From Haloferax volcanii DS2 (GTDB lineage Archaea > Halobacteriota > Halobacteria > Halobacteriales > Haloferacaceae), in NCBI RefSeq assembly GCF_000025685.1, contig NC_013967.1, positions 2,815,758 through 2,847,757 on the forward strand: a stretch of 32,000 bases of DNA, read 5' to 3'. Positions within the stretch are counted from its first letter, which is position 1. Every line of letters starts with the position of its first letter. Positions 1 through 7,225 of this stretch are shown here, in pieces. Under the pieces are notes generated by a model, which worked only from the letters and a program-made list of their open reading frames with translations, did not search any database and was not told where the DNA came from. The position numbers and the translations under genes were made by a program.

Positions 1-154
1 GGGTCGCGTCGGGGTGGCGCTCCTCGATTTCGGTGACGAACGCCTCCGCCTCCTCGACCGTCTCCGCGGGGGAGACGTAGCCGATGAACTCCGAGCCGTT
101 GACCTCGAAGCGGGCGTCGCTCCGGCCGGCGACGGTTCGATAGGCGTCGGTCAT
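1..154 (-). CDS. IMPACT/YigZ (UPF0029) family protein, N-terminal part only; the gene runs off the left edge
   Basis: Absent from the ORF track because it is truncated. Reverse-strand ATG at 154..152 gives MTDAYRTVAGRSDARFEVNGSEFIGYVSPAETVEEAEAFVTEIEERHPDAT. This follows the N-terminal pattern of YigZ/IMPACT proteins (S.F.G, EA.AF, HPDA). Third codon positions are GC-rich. Confidence 0.6.
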   Translation of the reverse strand, partial: MTDAYRTVAGRSDARFEVNGSEFIGYVSPAETVEEAEAFVTEIEERHPDAT

Positions 155-295
155 GCCACCGAGTTGGCGTCGCGGCGTGGAAAAGCGTTCGCACCGTGTC
201 GTCGGCGCACCGACGCGGGCGGCGAGGAGGGCAAGCGACGCGACCAACGGGGAGCGACGGCGACGGCGACGGGGATTCGAACCGGAATCGACGCG

Positions 296-412
296 CTACT
301 GGCCGCAGGCGTCCGCGTACGACGTACACCCGTTTTGGATGCAGACGCCGCAGAGGTGGCGCGTCTCGGAAATCGGCTCACCACAGCACATGCAACTGCG
401 CATGGACACCAT
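296..412 (-). CDS. Small cysteine-rich zinc-finger-type micro-protein (38 aa)
   Basis: Below the ORF-track size cutoff. Hand translation: MVSMRSCMCCGEPISETRHLCGVCIQNGCTSYADACGQ*, with 7 Cys including a CxxC pair. About 84% G/C at third positions (32/38 by my count), like real genes here. AATAAGA TATA-like motif about 31-37 nt upstream. Confidence 0.45.
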   Translation of the reverse strand: MVSMRSCMCCGEPISETRHLCGVCIQNGCTSYADACGQ

Positions 413-487
413 GCGAAAAACTACCGCGGGAGGTTACAAGAATCTTATTGTCGTGTTGACAGAATATTCGCGTGCCGACGGGCGGGC

Positions 488-991
488 TCAGGCGATGGTG
501 ATTCGGCGGACGAAGCCGAGGTTCGACAGGTCGTTGAGCAGGTCGCCGGGAATCGGCTCGTCGGTGATGATGTAGAGCTTCGGGTCGTCGGTGAACTCGG
601 GGTCCTCGCTTATCGTCTGGCGAATCGAGATGTCCGCGTCAGCGAGTTTCGAGGTGACGGTGGCGACGATGCCGGGTTCGTCGGCGTCGGCCACCTCGAC
701 GGTGAGCACGGAGAGGTCGAGCACCGGCGCGAGGTCCATCAGGCTCGGAATCGACGAGATGTTCTGGAAGATTCGTCGAAGCTCCTCGTCGTCGAGGATG
801 GCGTCGGTCGTCGAGTCGACGACCCGCCGGTCGACCTCGGCCTCGCGGGCGATTCCGGTGTTCGGTATCTCGATGCCGCCCGAGACGACCCGTCCCTGGT
901 CGTTGACGGAAAAGCCCCGTTCCAAGAGGAGCCGAATGACAGCCTGCTGGCTCGGGCTGCCCTCGAACTTCTCCATAATCTCGTCGAACAT
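488..991 (-). CDS. ACT-domain protein (predicted regulator of amino acid metabolism, COG2150-like)
   Basis: 167-aa ORF from the track. N-terminal wHTH-like segment (SPSQQAVIRLLLERGFS) and C-terminal ACT-like segment (LTVEVADADEPGIVATVTSKLADADISIRQ). Codon bias fits. Confidence 0.8.
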   Translation of the reverse strand: MFDEIMEKFEGSPSQQAVIRLLLERGFSVNDQGRVVSGGIEIPNTGIAREAEVDRRVVDSTTDAILDDEELRRIFQNISSIPSLMDLAPVLDLSVLTVEVADADEPGIVATVTSKLADADISIRQTISEDPEFTDDPKLYIITDEPIPGDLLNDLSNLGFVRRITIA

Positions 992-1110
992 TCGTTGGTC
1001 GGGGGATTTGCGGGCGGATGCATTAAGTGGTCCGTCACCGCCGACGCCGCGGCCGAGGGATTCGGCGGCGACCCCGCCGGCGGGCCGCCGACGCCGCGGC
1101 CGGGGAATGG

Positions 1111-1118
1111 GTTTAACC
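1111..1118 (+). promoter_or_regulatory. TATA-box-like element (GTTTAACC) for the 1142 gene
   Basis: Lies at -31..-24 from the ATG. Haloarchaeal promoters have a TTTAWA-like TATA about 26-28 nt upstream of the TSS, and most mRNAs are leaderless. Confidence 0.45.
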
Positions 1119-1141
1119 GTCGGCGCGGAGACCGGTCGTCC

Positions 1142-1837
1142 ATGCGCGAACTACGCACCTGCGATTTCTGTGGGACCGACGCCGTCGGCGTGTTCGAGGT
1201 ACTCCCGCCGGCGTTGACGCCGGCCGACGACCAGCGGCGCGTCGTCCTCTGCGAGCACTGCGAGGAGACCCTCAGCGAGGTCATCGCGCCGCTTCTCTCC
1301 CGACTCGGCGTCGACGCCGACGTGGACGTGGCCGACGACGCGCGGGCCGAGACCGGCGCGTCCGCGACACCGGAGCGAACCACGAGCGGGTCGGGCGGCG
1401 AGGCCGCCTCCGTCGACGTGAACGCGGTCGACCCCGCGCCGACGCCGCCGGAGCCGGCGGACCACGACTCGCCCGACGAGGGCGACGACGCTGGTTCTCC
1501 GGGAGACGACGCGAACGACAACGACGGCGTGGACGACGAAGCCGAGGTCGAAACCGAAGCCGAGGCCAGGACCGAAACCGAGAACGAGCCCTCCGCGTCG
1601 GCGGCCGACGAGCAGCCCCGACCCGACGGCGAGTCCGGCCGGGGTGAGGAGCCGCCGAAGTTCCGGAAGGTCATCCGTATCCTCCAGAACCGCGAGTTCC
1701 CCGTCGAGCGGGCGGAGGTCGAGGCGTTGGCGTCCGGCGCGTACGACCTCGACGACGACGAGGTGGCCGACATCTTCGACTACGCAATCGAACGCGGGCT
1801 GCTCGTCGACGACTCGGGGACGCTCCGGCGGCCCTGA
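1142..1837 (+). CDS. Hypothetical protein: N-terminal CxxC..CxxC zinc ribbon, acidic low-complexity linker, conserved-looking C-terminal domain
   Basis: In-frame ATG inside track ORF 14..1837. Product starts MRELRTCDFCGTDAVGVFEV...LCEHCEETL. The upstream part of the track ORF is antisense to the ACT gene and looks like junk. A TATA element sits at -31..-24. Confidence 0.75.
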   Translation: MRELRTCDFCGTDAVGVFEVLPPALTPADDQRRVVLCEHCEETLSEVIAPLLSRLGVDADVDVADDARAETGASATPERTTSGSGGEAASVDVNAVDPAPTPPEPADHDSPDEGDDAGSPGDDANDNDGVDDEAEVETEAEARTETENEPSASAADEQPRPDGESGRGEEPPKFRKVIRILQNREFPVERAEVEALASGAYDLDDDEVADIFDYAIERGLLVDDSGTLRRP

Positions 1838-1873
1838 GCGGTCGAACGCGCGGAATCAGAGAGCAGGCGGCGA

Positions 1874-2467
1874 TTACAGTTTTCCTTTCGTGCTCGGCGT
1901 GTCGGAGCGCCGCGGGTCCACGCGGGTCGCGTCGTCGAGCGAGCGCGCGAGCGCCTTGAACAGCGCCTCGACCTCGTGGTGGGCGTTGTCGCCCTCGACG
2001 CCCGCGTGGAGCGTGAGGCCGGCGTTCATCGCCAGCGACATGGCGAAGTGTTCGGCCATGTGGCTGGTGAACTCGCCGACGTACGGTTGGGAAAAGTCGC
2101 CCGAGAACTCGAAGAAGGGGCGGCCCGACACGTCGACGACGACGGAGGCGACGGCCTCGTCGAGCGGGACTTTGCGGTCGGCGTAGCGGACGATACCGCG
2201 CTTGTCACCGAGCGCTTCGGTGAACGCCTCGCCGAGGACGATAGCCACGTCCTCGACGGTGTGGTGGTCGTCGATGTGGAGGTCGCCGTCGCACTGGACC
2301 GTCAGGTCGAACAGGCCGTGTTTGGCGAAGGCCTCCAGCATGTGGTCGAAAAATCCGATACCGGTGTCGACGACCGCGTCGCCGTCGCCGTCGATGGCCA
2401 GCGTCACGTCGATGGTCGTCTCGGCCGTCTCGCGGGAGACGGCCGCGCGTCGGTCGGCGTCGCTCAT
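1874..2467 (-). CDS. hisB: Imidazoleglycerol-phosphate dehydratase
   Basis: Motifs [12 protein letters not shown] and [14 protein letters not shown] chose the internal ATG at 2467 ([21 protein letters not shown]), which has a TATA element at -29..-22. Length 197 aa. Confidence 0.93.
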   Translation of the reverse strand: MSDADRRAAVSRETAETTIDVTLAIDGDGDAVVDTGIGFFDHMLEAFAKHGLFDLTVQCDGDLHIDDHHTVEDVAIVLGEAFTEALGDKRGIVRYADRKVPLDEAVASVVVDVSGRPFFEFSGDFSQPYVGEFTSHMAEHFAMSLAMNAGLTLHAGVEGDNAHHEVEALFKALARSLDDATRVDPRRSDTPSTKGKL

Positions 2468-2488
2468 GTCGCGTTCGATGCGGGCCGC

Positions 2489-2496
2489 GCATATAG
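2489..2496 (-). promoter_or_regulatory. TATA-box-like element (CTATATGC on the minus strand) for hisB
   Basis: Position -29..-22 relative to the ATG at 2467. Confidence 0.45.
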
Positions 2497-2535
2497 GGAT
2501 TCTCGTCGTCGAGCGGGCGGAGCACGCCACCGACG

Positions 2536-2555
2536 CGTCAGACGCGCGTCTGACG
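2536..2555. promoter_or_regulatory. 20-bp perfect palindrome CGTCAGACGCGCGTCTGACG; candidate regulator binding site
   Basis: Read directly. It is located 69-88 nt upstream of the hisB start, in intergenic DNA. Confidence 0.4.
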
Positions 2556-2787
2556 GACGTTCATGCGTTCGGACGCGTACGGTGGGGTATGCAGCGAAAG
2601 GGAGCGCTGGTGGTGGGGTACACCATCTGCGTCGGGGGAGTTCTGCTCACCGCGCGGTCCGGGGTCGCTGTTCGGCGTCGCGCTGGTGACGCTCGCGGTC
2701 AGCGCGGTCGTGCTCGGCGGGGGCGTCTGAAGTGATAGAGAGCGAACCGACGCGAAAAGTGTCGACCCGTCAGGGGGCGGGCGACTG

Positions 2788-2976
2788 ATGGGCCACGGAG
2801 CGACCGCCAGTCCGAAACGCGACGTAGTGACGATCAGTATGCTCGTCCTCGCCGGGCCGTTCCTGGCGACCTCGCGCCCCGTGACGGCGATTATCGGCGC
2901 GCTGTTCGGCGCCGCCGGCGTCTACGGGACCGTCGAGAGCCTCGCTGCGGCCGTCGCCGCGTATCTCGACGCGTAG
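2788..2976 (+). CDS. Small hypothetical membrane protein (62 aa, two hydrophobic segments)
   Basis: Track ORF with an ATG start. GC-rich third positions. Hydrophobic stretches ISMLVLAGPFLA and AIIGALFGAAGVYG. No recognisable family. Confidence 0.4.
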   Translation: MGHGATASPKRDVVTISMLVLAGPFLATSRPVTAIIGALFGAAGVYGTVESLAAAVAAYLDA

Positions 2977-2994
2977 CGGCGCGCGGCGTCCCGA

Positions 2995-3016
2995 CCACGC
3001 CTCGGCCACGCCTCGG
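2995..3016. repeat. Perfect 11-bp tandem duplication (CCACGCCTCGG x2)
   Basis: Read directly between the convergent genes 2788..2976 and hisA. Confidence 0.85.
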
Positions 3017-3032
3017 CGTGCCGGCGACGCGA

Positions 3033-3749
3033 CTACGCCTCCATCGCTTCTTCGAGCGTGAATCGACCCTCGTAGAGCGCGGTGCCGACGACGGTCGCCG
3101 CCGCGCCCGCCTCGCGGAGCGCGCGCACGTCGTCGAGCGAGGCGACGCCGCCGGAGGCGACGACCGGGATGTCGACCGCGTCGACGACCGCCGAGGTCGT
3201 CTCGAGGTGGACGCCTTCGAGTTGCCCCTCCACGTCCACGTCGGTGAAGAGGATGGCCGCCGCGCCGAGTTCCTCGTAGCGGGCGGCCGCCTCGGCGGGG
3301 TCGAGGCCGGTGCCCTCGGTCCAGCCGGAGACGACGACTTCGCCGTCTTTCGCGTCGAGGCTGACCATCACGCCGCCGGGGTAGTCGGCGGCGAGTTCGG
3401 CGACGATGTCGGGGTTCTCGACGGCCGCGGTGCCGAGGATGACGCGGTCGACGCCGCGGTCCAAGAGGTCGCGGGCGTCGTCGGCGGTGCGGATGCCGCC
3501 GCCGAGTTGGAGCGGCACGTCGACCGCGTCGAGGACGGCGTCGACCGCCGGGGCGTTCTTTCGCTCGCCCTCGAACGCGCCGCCGAGGTCGACGAGGTGG
3601 AGCGTCTCCGCGCCGGCGTCGACCCAGCGGCGGGCGGCCTCGACCGGGTCGCCGTAAGTCTTCTCGGTGCCGCGTTCGCCCTGCACGAGCTGGACGACTT
3701 CGCCGTCTTGCATGTCGACCGCGGGGACGACTTCGAACTCCGGGAACAT
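3033..3749 (-). CDS. hisA: ProFAR isomerase (1-(5-phosphoribosyl)-5-[(5-phosphoribosylamino)methylideneamino]imidazole-4-carboxamide isomerase)
   Basis: 238 aa. VVPAVDMQDGEVVQLVQG and LHLVDLGGAFEG are typical of HisA. (beta/alpha)8 glycine-rich phosphate sites (GGGIRT, ASGGV). Confidence 0.93.
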   Translation of the reverse strand: MFPEFEVVPAVDMQDGEVVQLVQGERGTEKTYGDPVEAARRWVDAGAETLHLVDLGGAFEGERKNAPAVDAVLDAVDVPLQLGGGIRTADDARDLLDRGVDRVILGTAAVENPDIVAELAADYPGGVMVSLDAKDGEVVVSGWTEGTGLDPAEAAARYEELGAAAILFTDVDVEGQLEGVHLETTSAVVDAVDIPVVASGGVASLDDVRALREAGAAATVVGTALYEGRFTLEEAMEA

Positions 3750-3874
3750 ACGTCACCGTGGGCGAGCGGCGTGCGTAAACGCACCGGATACGGCGACTCG
3801 GGTTCACCGAGGAACGTAACGAGCGAACCAACAGTTCGGAACGGCTTTGTCGCGCCGGGGTTCACACACACTCA

Positions 3875-5239
3875 ATGAAACTCTTCGGTTCCAGCGGCAC
3901 CCGCGGCGTGGTGGGTGAGAGCCTCACCCCGGAGTTCGTCCTCCGCGTCGCCAAGGCCGCCGGCACGGTCTGGAACACCGGCCGGGTCGCCATCGCACGG
4001 GACACCCGAACCACGGGCGAGATGTTCGTCAACGCCGCCGAGTCCGGGCTGGCGAGCGTCGGCGTCGACGTGGACGACCTCGGCGTCGTCCCCACCCCCG
4101 CGGCGGTCCGCTACTGCGAGAATCAGGCCGTTCCGGGCGTCGTCATCACGGCCTCGCACAACCCCCCGGAGTTCAACGGCGTCAAACTCGTCGGCGACGA
4201 CGGCGTCGAACTCGCCGTCGAGGAGCTAGAGCGCATCGAAGACCACATCCTCGCCGAGGAGTTCGACGTGACCGAGTGGGACGCCGTCGGGAGCGTCCGG
4301 TCGGTCGAGACCGCGAACGACGACTACCACGAGGACCTCCTCGCCAACGTCGACCGCGAGAAAATCGCTGCCGCGAACCTCACGGTCGCGCTCGACCCCG
4401 GCCACGGCGCCGGGTCGCTCGTCACGCCCGACTTCCTCCGCGAACTCGGCTGCGAGGTCCGCACGGTCAACGCCCAGCCCGACGGCCACTTCCCCGGTCG
4501 CCAGTCCGAGCCGGTCCCCGAGAACCTCCGCGACCTCGAACGCCTCGTCCGCGCGACCGACGCCGACGTGGGAATCGCCCACGACGGCGACGCCGACCGG
4601 GCCGTCTTCGTGAACGAGCGCGGCGAGTGCATCTCCGGCGAGGCGTCGCTGGCCGCCCTCGCGGCCGCCGCCCTCGAACCGGGCGACGCGACCGTCTCCG
4701 CCGTGAACGTCTCCCAGCGCCTCGTCGACGTCTGCGAGGAGGTCGGTGCCGACCTCGAACTCACGCCCATCGGCGCGACGAACCTCATCACCCGCATCCG
4801 CGAGCTCTGGCGCGAGGGTCGGAACGTCCCCGTCGCGGGCGAGGGGAACGGAGGAGTGTTCTACCCCAACTACCGCCTCGTCCGCGACGGCGCGTACATC
4901 GCGGCGAAGTTCCTCGAACTCGTCGCCGAGCGCTCCGCGAGCGAACTCGTCGCGCCCTACGAGGACTACTACAACGTCCGCATCAACCTCGAATACGACG
5001 AGGAAGCCGAGTTGACGGCGATGCTCAACGCCGCCGCCGACTACGCCGAATCGGCCGACGCGACCCCGAACACGACCGACGGCTACCGCCTCGACTACGG
5101 CGACGCGTGGGTGCTCGTCCGCCCCTCCGGGACCGAGCCGAAAGTCCGCGTCTACGCCGAAGGCCGCTCCGAGGAGCGCGCGACCGAACTCGCCGAAGAC
5201 GCCGCCGACGCGCTCCGAAGCGCGGTCGCGACGCTGTAA
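3875..5239 (+). CDS. glmM: Phosphohexomutase family enzyme (phosphoglucosamine mutase / phosphomannomutase type)
   Basis: 454 aa. Phosphoserine loop TASHNPPEFNG, metal loop HDGDADR, phosphate loop RPSGTEPKVRVY. The exact sugar specificity cannot be read from sequence. Confidence 0.88.
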   Translation: MKLFGSSGTRGVVGESLTPEFVLRVAKAAGTVWNTGRVAIARDTRTTGEMFVNAAESGLASVGVDVDDLGVVPTPAAVRYCENQAVPGVVITASHNPPEFNGVKLVGDDGVELAVEELERIEDHILAEEFDVTEWDAVGSVRSVETANDDYHEDLLANVDREKIAAANLTVALDPGHGAGSLVTPDFLRELGCEVRTVNAQPDGHFPGRQSEPVPENLRDLERLVRATDADVGIAHDGDADRAVFVNERGECISGEASLAALAAAALEPGDATVSAVNVSQRLVDVCEEVGADLELTPIGATNLITRIRELWREGRNVPVAGEGNGGVFYPNYRLVRDGAYIAAKFLELVAERSASELVAPYEDYYNVRINLEYDEEAELTAMLNAAADYAESADATPNTTDGYRLDYGDAWVLVRPSGTEPKVRVYAEGRSEERATELAEDAADALRSAVATL

Positions 5240-5326
5240 TCGGTCTGAACAAGGAGACGTTCATCGAGACACCCCGCAACACACCAAACGATCTTCAGAT
5301 GCTTCGTTGATACTTCCAGACCCAGA

Positions 5327-5338
5327 GCCGAATTCGGC
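5327..5338. promoter_or_regulatory. 12-bp perfect palindrome GCCGAATTCGGC (copy 1 of 2)
   Basis: Read directly. A TTTAT motif lies 21 nt to its right. An identical copy is at 9817..9828. Confidence 0.35.
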
Positions 5339-5495
5339 GTTACAGGCCCCAAAGACCCATTTATCCGCATTTGAGCGTCTTTACTAAGATTTAAGCATTT
5401 TGCCGATCAACGATTTAACCGAGAAGTGACGCTGGAGAGATAATGATCCCTCTCTGCAGGGGCTGAGTTCTCTTTCGGCGGTGGATTTTACACAC

Positions 5496-6191
5496 TTAGA
5501 GTCGGTGGTCCCGAACTACGTTACTAGCGGCGGCACAGTCCCCTTTCCGCTGGTTTCGAGGCCACGAGTAGGCCGCTAAGTCGGCTATTTGTAGCCCCGG
5601 TACGGACCTGCTATCTTGGGTTGTGAATGTAGTAGGGACACCAATCTCCTCGTGAGAATCGAAGCATCCACCGACGACGTCTGCGGGAGCGTCCCACACG
5701 GTATCGTCCAGTACAACGTTGATTTCGTCGATCACGTCGAGGTTCATCAACCCTTCTTGAAAGAGCGGGCTGATAGCCGAGATAAGACTCATCGAGCGTA
5801 TCATTTGGCCGTTCGAAAAGCTACCGGATGTTCTCCCGTCAAAAGCCCCTCTTGTTATGTCGGGAAGAGTCGTGTACGCCGAATATCGGATTGGTTGGCC
5901 GGTGGTCCAGACACGAGGCGTTTCGATGGTCTTGTCGCTGTGAAGCTTCGGGACCATGGCCTGCATCAAATCGTCGACGTAGCTCGGGTGAAGTTTCGAG
6001 GACTTGATTTCCGAAAAGTCGTCATCGTCTCTTAGGCGGCGGGCTTGTTCCAGCAAGAATCCCTTGGTTGAAGCGAGGACCTCGTACTCACTAGACCGCT
6101 TGGAAACACACCAACAACCGACAATCGAGAACCCCGTCCCTGCATCGGCGTTCCCGCTTTCGTCGACGAAAAAATAGAGAATACGAGTCAT
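5496..6191 (-). CDS. DUF3800-family protein
   Basis: 231 aa. N-terminal ILYFFVDESGN (the D-E-S-G motif) and C-terminal GLQIADLAAY are the hallmark motifs of DUF3800 as I recall the family. Codon usage is atypical for this window (AAA, TTT, ATA, AAT are common). Confidence 0.85.
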   Translation of the reverse strand: MTRILYFFVDESGNADAGTGFSIVGCWCVSKRSSEYEVLASTKGFLLEQARRLRDDDDFSEIKSSKLHPSYVDDLMQAMVPKLHSDKTIETPRVWTTGQPIRYSAYTTLPDITRGAFDGRTSGSFSNGQMIRSMSLISAISPLFQEGLMNLDVIDEINVVLDDTVWDAPADVVGGCFDSHEEIGVPTTFTTQDSRSVPGLQIADLAAYSWPRNQRKGDCAAASNVVRDHRL

Positions 6192-6207
6192 TTGAAAGTG
6201 GTTGAAG

Positions 6208-6215
6208 TATTTAAT
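6208..6215 (-). promoter_or_regulatory. TATA-box-like element (ATTAAATA on the minus strand) for the DUF3800 gene
   Basis: About -17..-24 from the ATG at 6191. Confidence 0.4.
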
Positions 6216-6433
6216 ACGCTACCTCGACTAAAATGTGAATGGTTCCACCCGTCTTCTGTGCTGACTAACACGAGAGCGGCCATCTCGATCTCAGCGCAAA
6301 ACATCGATCTCCGCTAGTCCGTGCCGCTACTCCGCAAGAAAATCGAGACCGAGGTCGGCGACGAGACGTACCCGGCCGTCGTCATGGCGCGGACGCTAGA
6401 TTCGTAGCGATTCTACGCGACGTTCTCCGCCGC

Positions 6434-6685
6434 TCACAGACTAATCGCCGCGAACAAAAGCGTCAGCGCCCCGAACACCAGAAGCATGAAGCCGCGTTCG
6501 AGGTCGTCGCCGTCGAGGTCGTCGTCCGGCGGGTCCTCGCGGGTCGGGTCGAGGACGAACTCCGGGTCGTCCGAGCGGGCGACCCGACGGGCGGCCGCGG
6601 CGCTCTTGAGCAGTCGGCCGCCGAGGGCGAAACAGCTCAGCCCCACGACGATGGCGACCAGCGAAATCGGACTGACGTTCACCAT
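6434..6685 (-). CDS. Small hypothetical membrane protein (83 aa, two TM segments with an acidic loop)
   Basis: Track ORF with an ATG start. ISLVAIVVGLSCFALGG and FMLLVFGALTLLFAAISL flank an acidic loop. GC-rich third positions. Confidence 0.55.
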   Translation of the reverse strand: MVNVSPISLVAIVVGLSCFALGGRLLKSAAAARRVARSDDPEFVLDPTREDPPDDDLDGDDLERGFMLLVFGALTLLFAAISL

Positions 6686-6775
6686 CGGCCCGCGCCCGCG
6701 GTCATAGGTCGGTCGCCACGGGAGTCGCCGTGGTCGCCGCGCCGGTCGGTGTCGTCATCGGTCGGCTCGCATCGG

Positions 6776-7144
6776 TCACTCGTCGTCGTAGACCGCGTCG
6801 GGGTCGAAGACGCGCTCGCCGACGTGCTCGCCCTCGACGGTGCGGTAGAAACACGACCGGTGGCCGGTGTGGCACGCGCCGACGTTCTGGTCGACGAGAT
6901 ACAGCAGGGTGTCGGCGTCGCAGTCGACGCGGACCTCCCGAACCTCCTGTGTGTGGCCGCTCGAAGCCCCCTTCTCCCAGAGTTCGTCGCGGCTCCGCGA
7001 GTAGTAGTGCGCCCGGCCCGTCTCGACGGTTCGGTCGAGCGCCTCCGGCGAGACGTACGCCAGCATGAGCACCTCTCCGGAGTCGGCGTCCTGCGCCACG
7101 GTGGGTACGAGGCCGTCCTCGCCGAAGTCGACATCGACGGTCAT
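6776..7144 (-). CDS. hisI: Phosphoribosyl-AMP cyclohydrolase
   Basis: Motifs [26 protein letters not shown] and [12 protein letters not shown]. The track start at 7156 is GTG. I prefer the ATG at 7144 because a GATAAC TATA-like motif then lies at -25..-30. Confidence 0.9.
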   Translation of the reverse strand: MTVDVDFGEDGLVPTVAQDADSGEVLMLAYVSPEALDRTVETGRAHYYSRSRDELWEKGASSGHTQEVREVRVDCDADTLLYLVDQNVGACHTGHRSCFYRTVEGEHVGERVFDPDAVYDDE

Positions 7145-7225
7145 GATTCGGGCCACGCGGTCGCGGGGGTTATCTCTTGTGCGTCGCCGCGCGGAAGGCG
7201 CGCCCGACGCCGACTCCGCAGCGAC

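Larger units (their letters stand above)
5240..6320. other. Low-GC islet between glmM and hisI (accessory-looking DNA)
   Basis: Hand counts of sampled 60-nt lines give 40-50% G+C (24/60, 28/60, 30/60), versus roughly two thirds elsewhere. It holds one gene flanked by about 250 nt and about 130 nt of non-coding AT-richer DNA. No integrase, tRNA or flanking direct repeats seen. Confidence 0.6.

Noticed and set aside
255-272. Hexamer tandem repeat (CGACGG)x3
   Set aside because: Very short, GC-rich simple repeat of a kind expected by chance in this composition. No associated feature.
271-285. GGGGATTCGAACCGG, resembling the reverse complement of a tRNA T-arm (GGTTCGAATCC)
   Set aside because: The flanking bases do not pair as a T-stem (TCCGG versus CCCCG), and no acceptor or anticodon arms can be drawn. 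Probably coincidence in intergenic DNA.
2563-2735. Two overlapping small plus-strand ORFs: frame 0 MQRKGALVVGYTICVGGVLLTA.. from 2589, and frame 1 ..SLFGVALVTLAVSAVVLGGGV* ending at 2730. Together they look like a 2-TM micro-protein split by a frameshift.
   Set aside because: Each hydrophobic stretch is only about 20 residues, and V/L/A/G-rich strings arise easily from GC-rich DNA. Neither frame alone gives a convincing protein, so I could not support a call.
5616-6035. 139-aa plus-strand ORF (TTG start) inside the low-GC islet
   Set aside because: Entirely antisense to the DUF3800 gene, which has clear family motifs. Non-canonical start and no protein-like features.
6241-6250. GGTTCCACCC, which shares GTTCCACC with the ORB 5' end
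   Set aside because: Only an 8-nt match, with neither the GAAACGA core nor a G-string. Within chance expectation.
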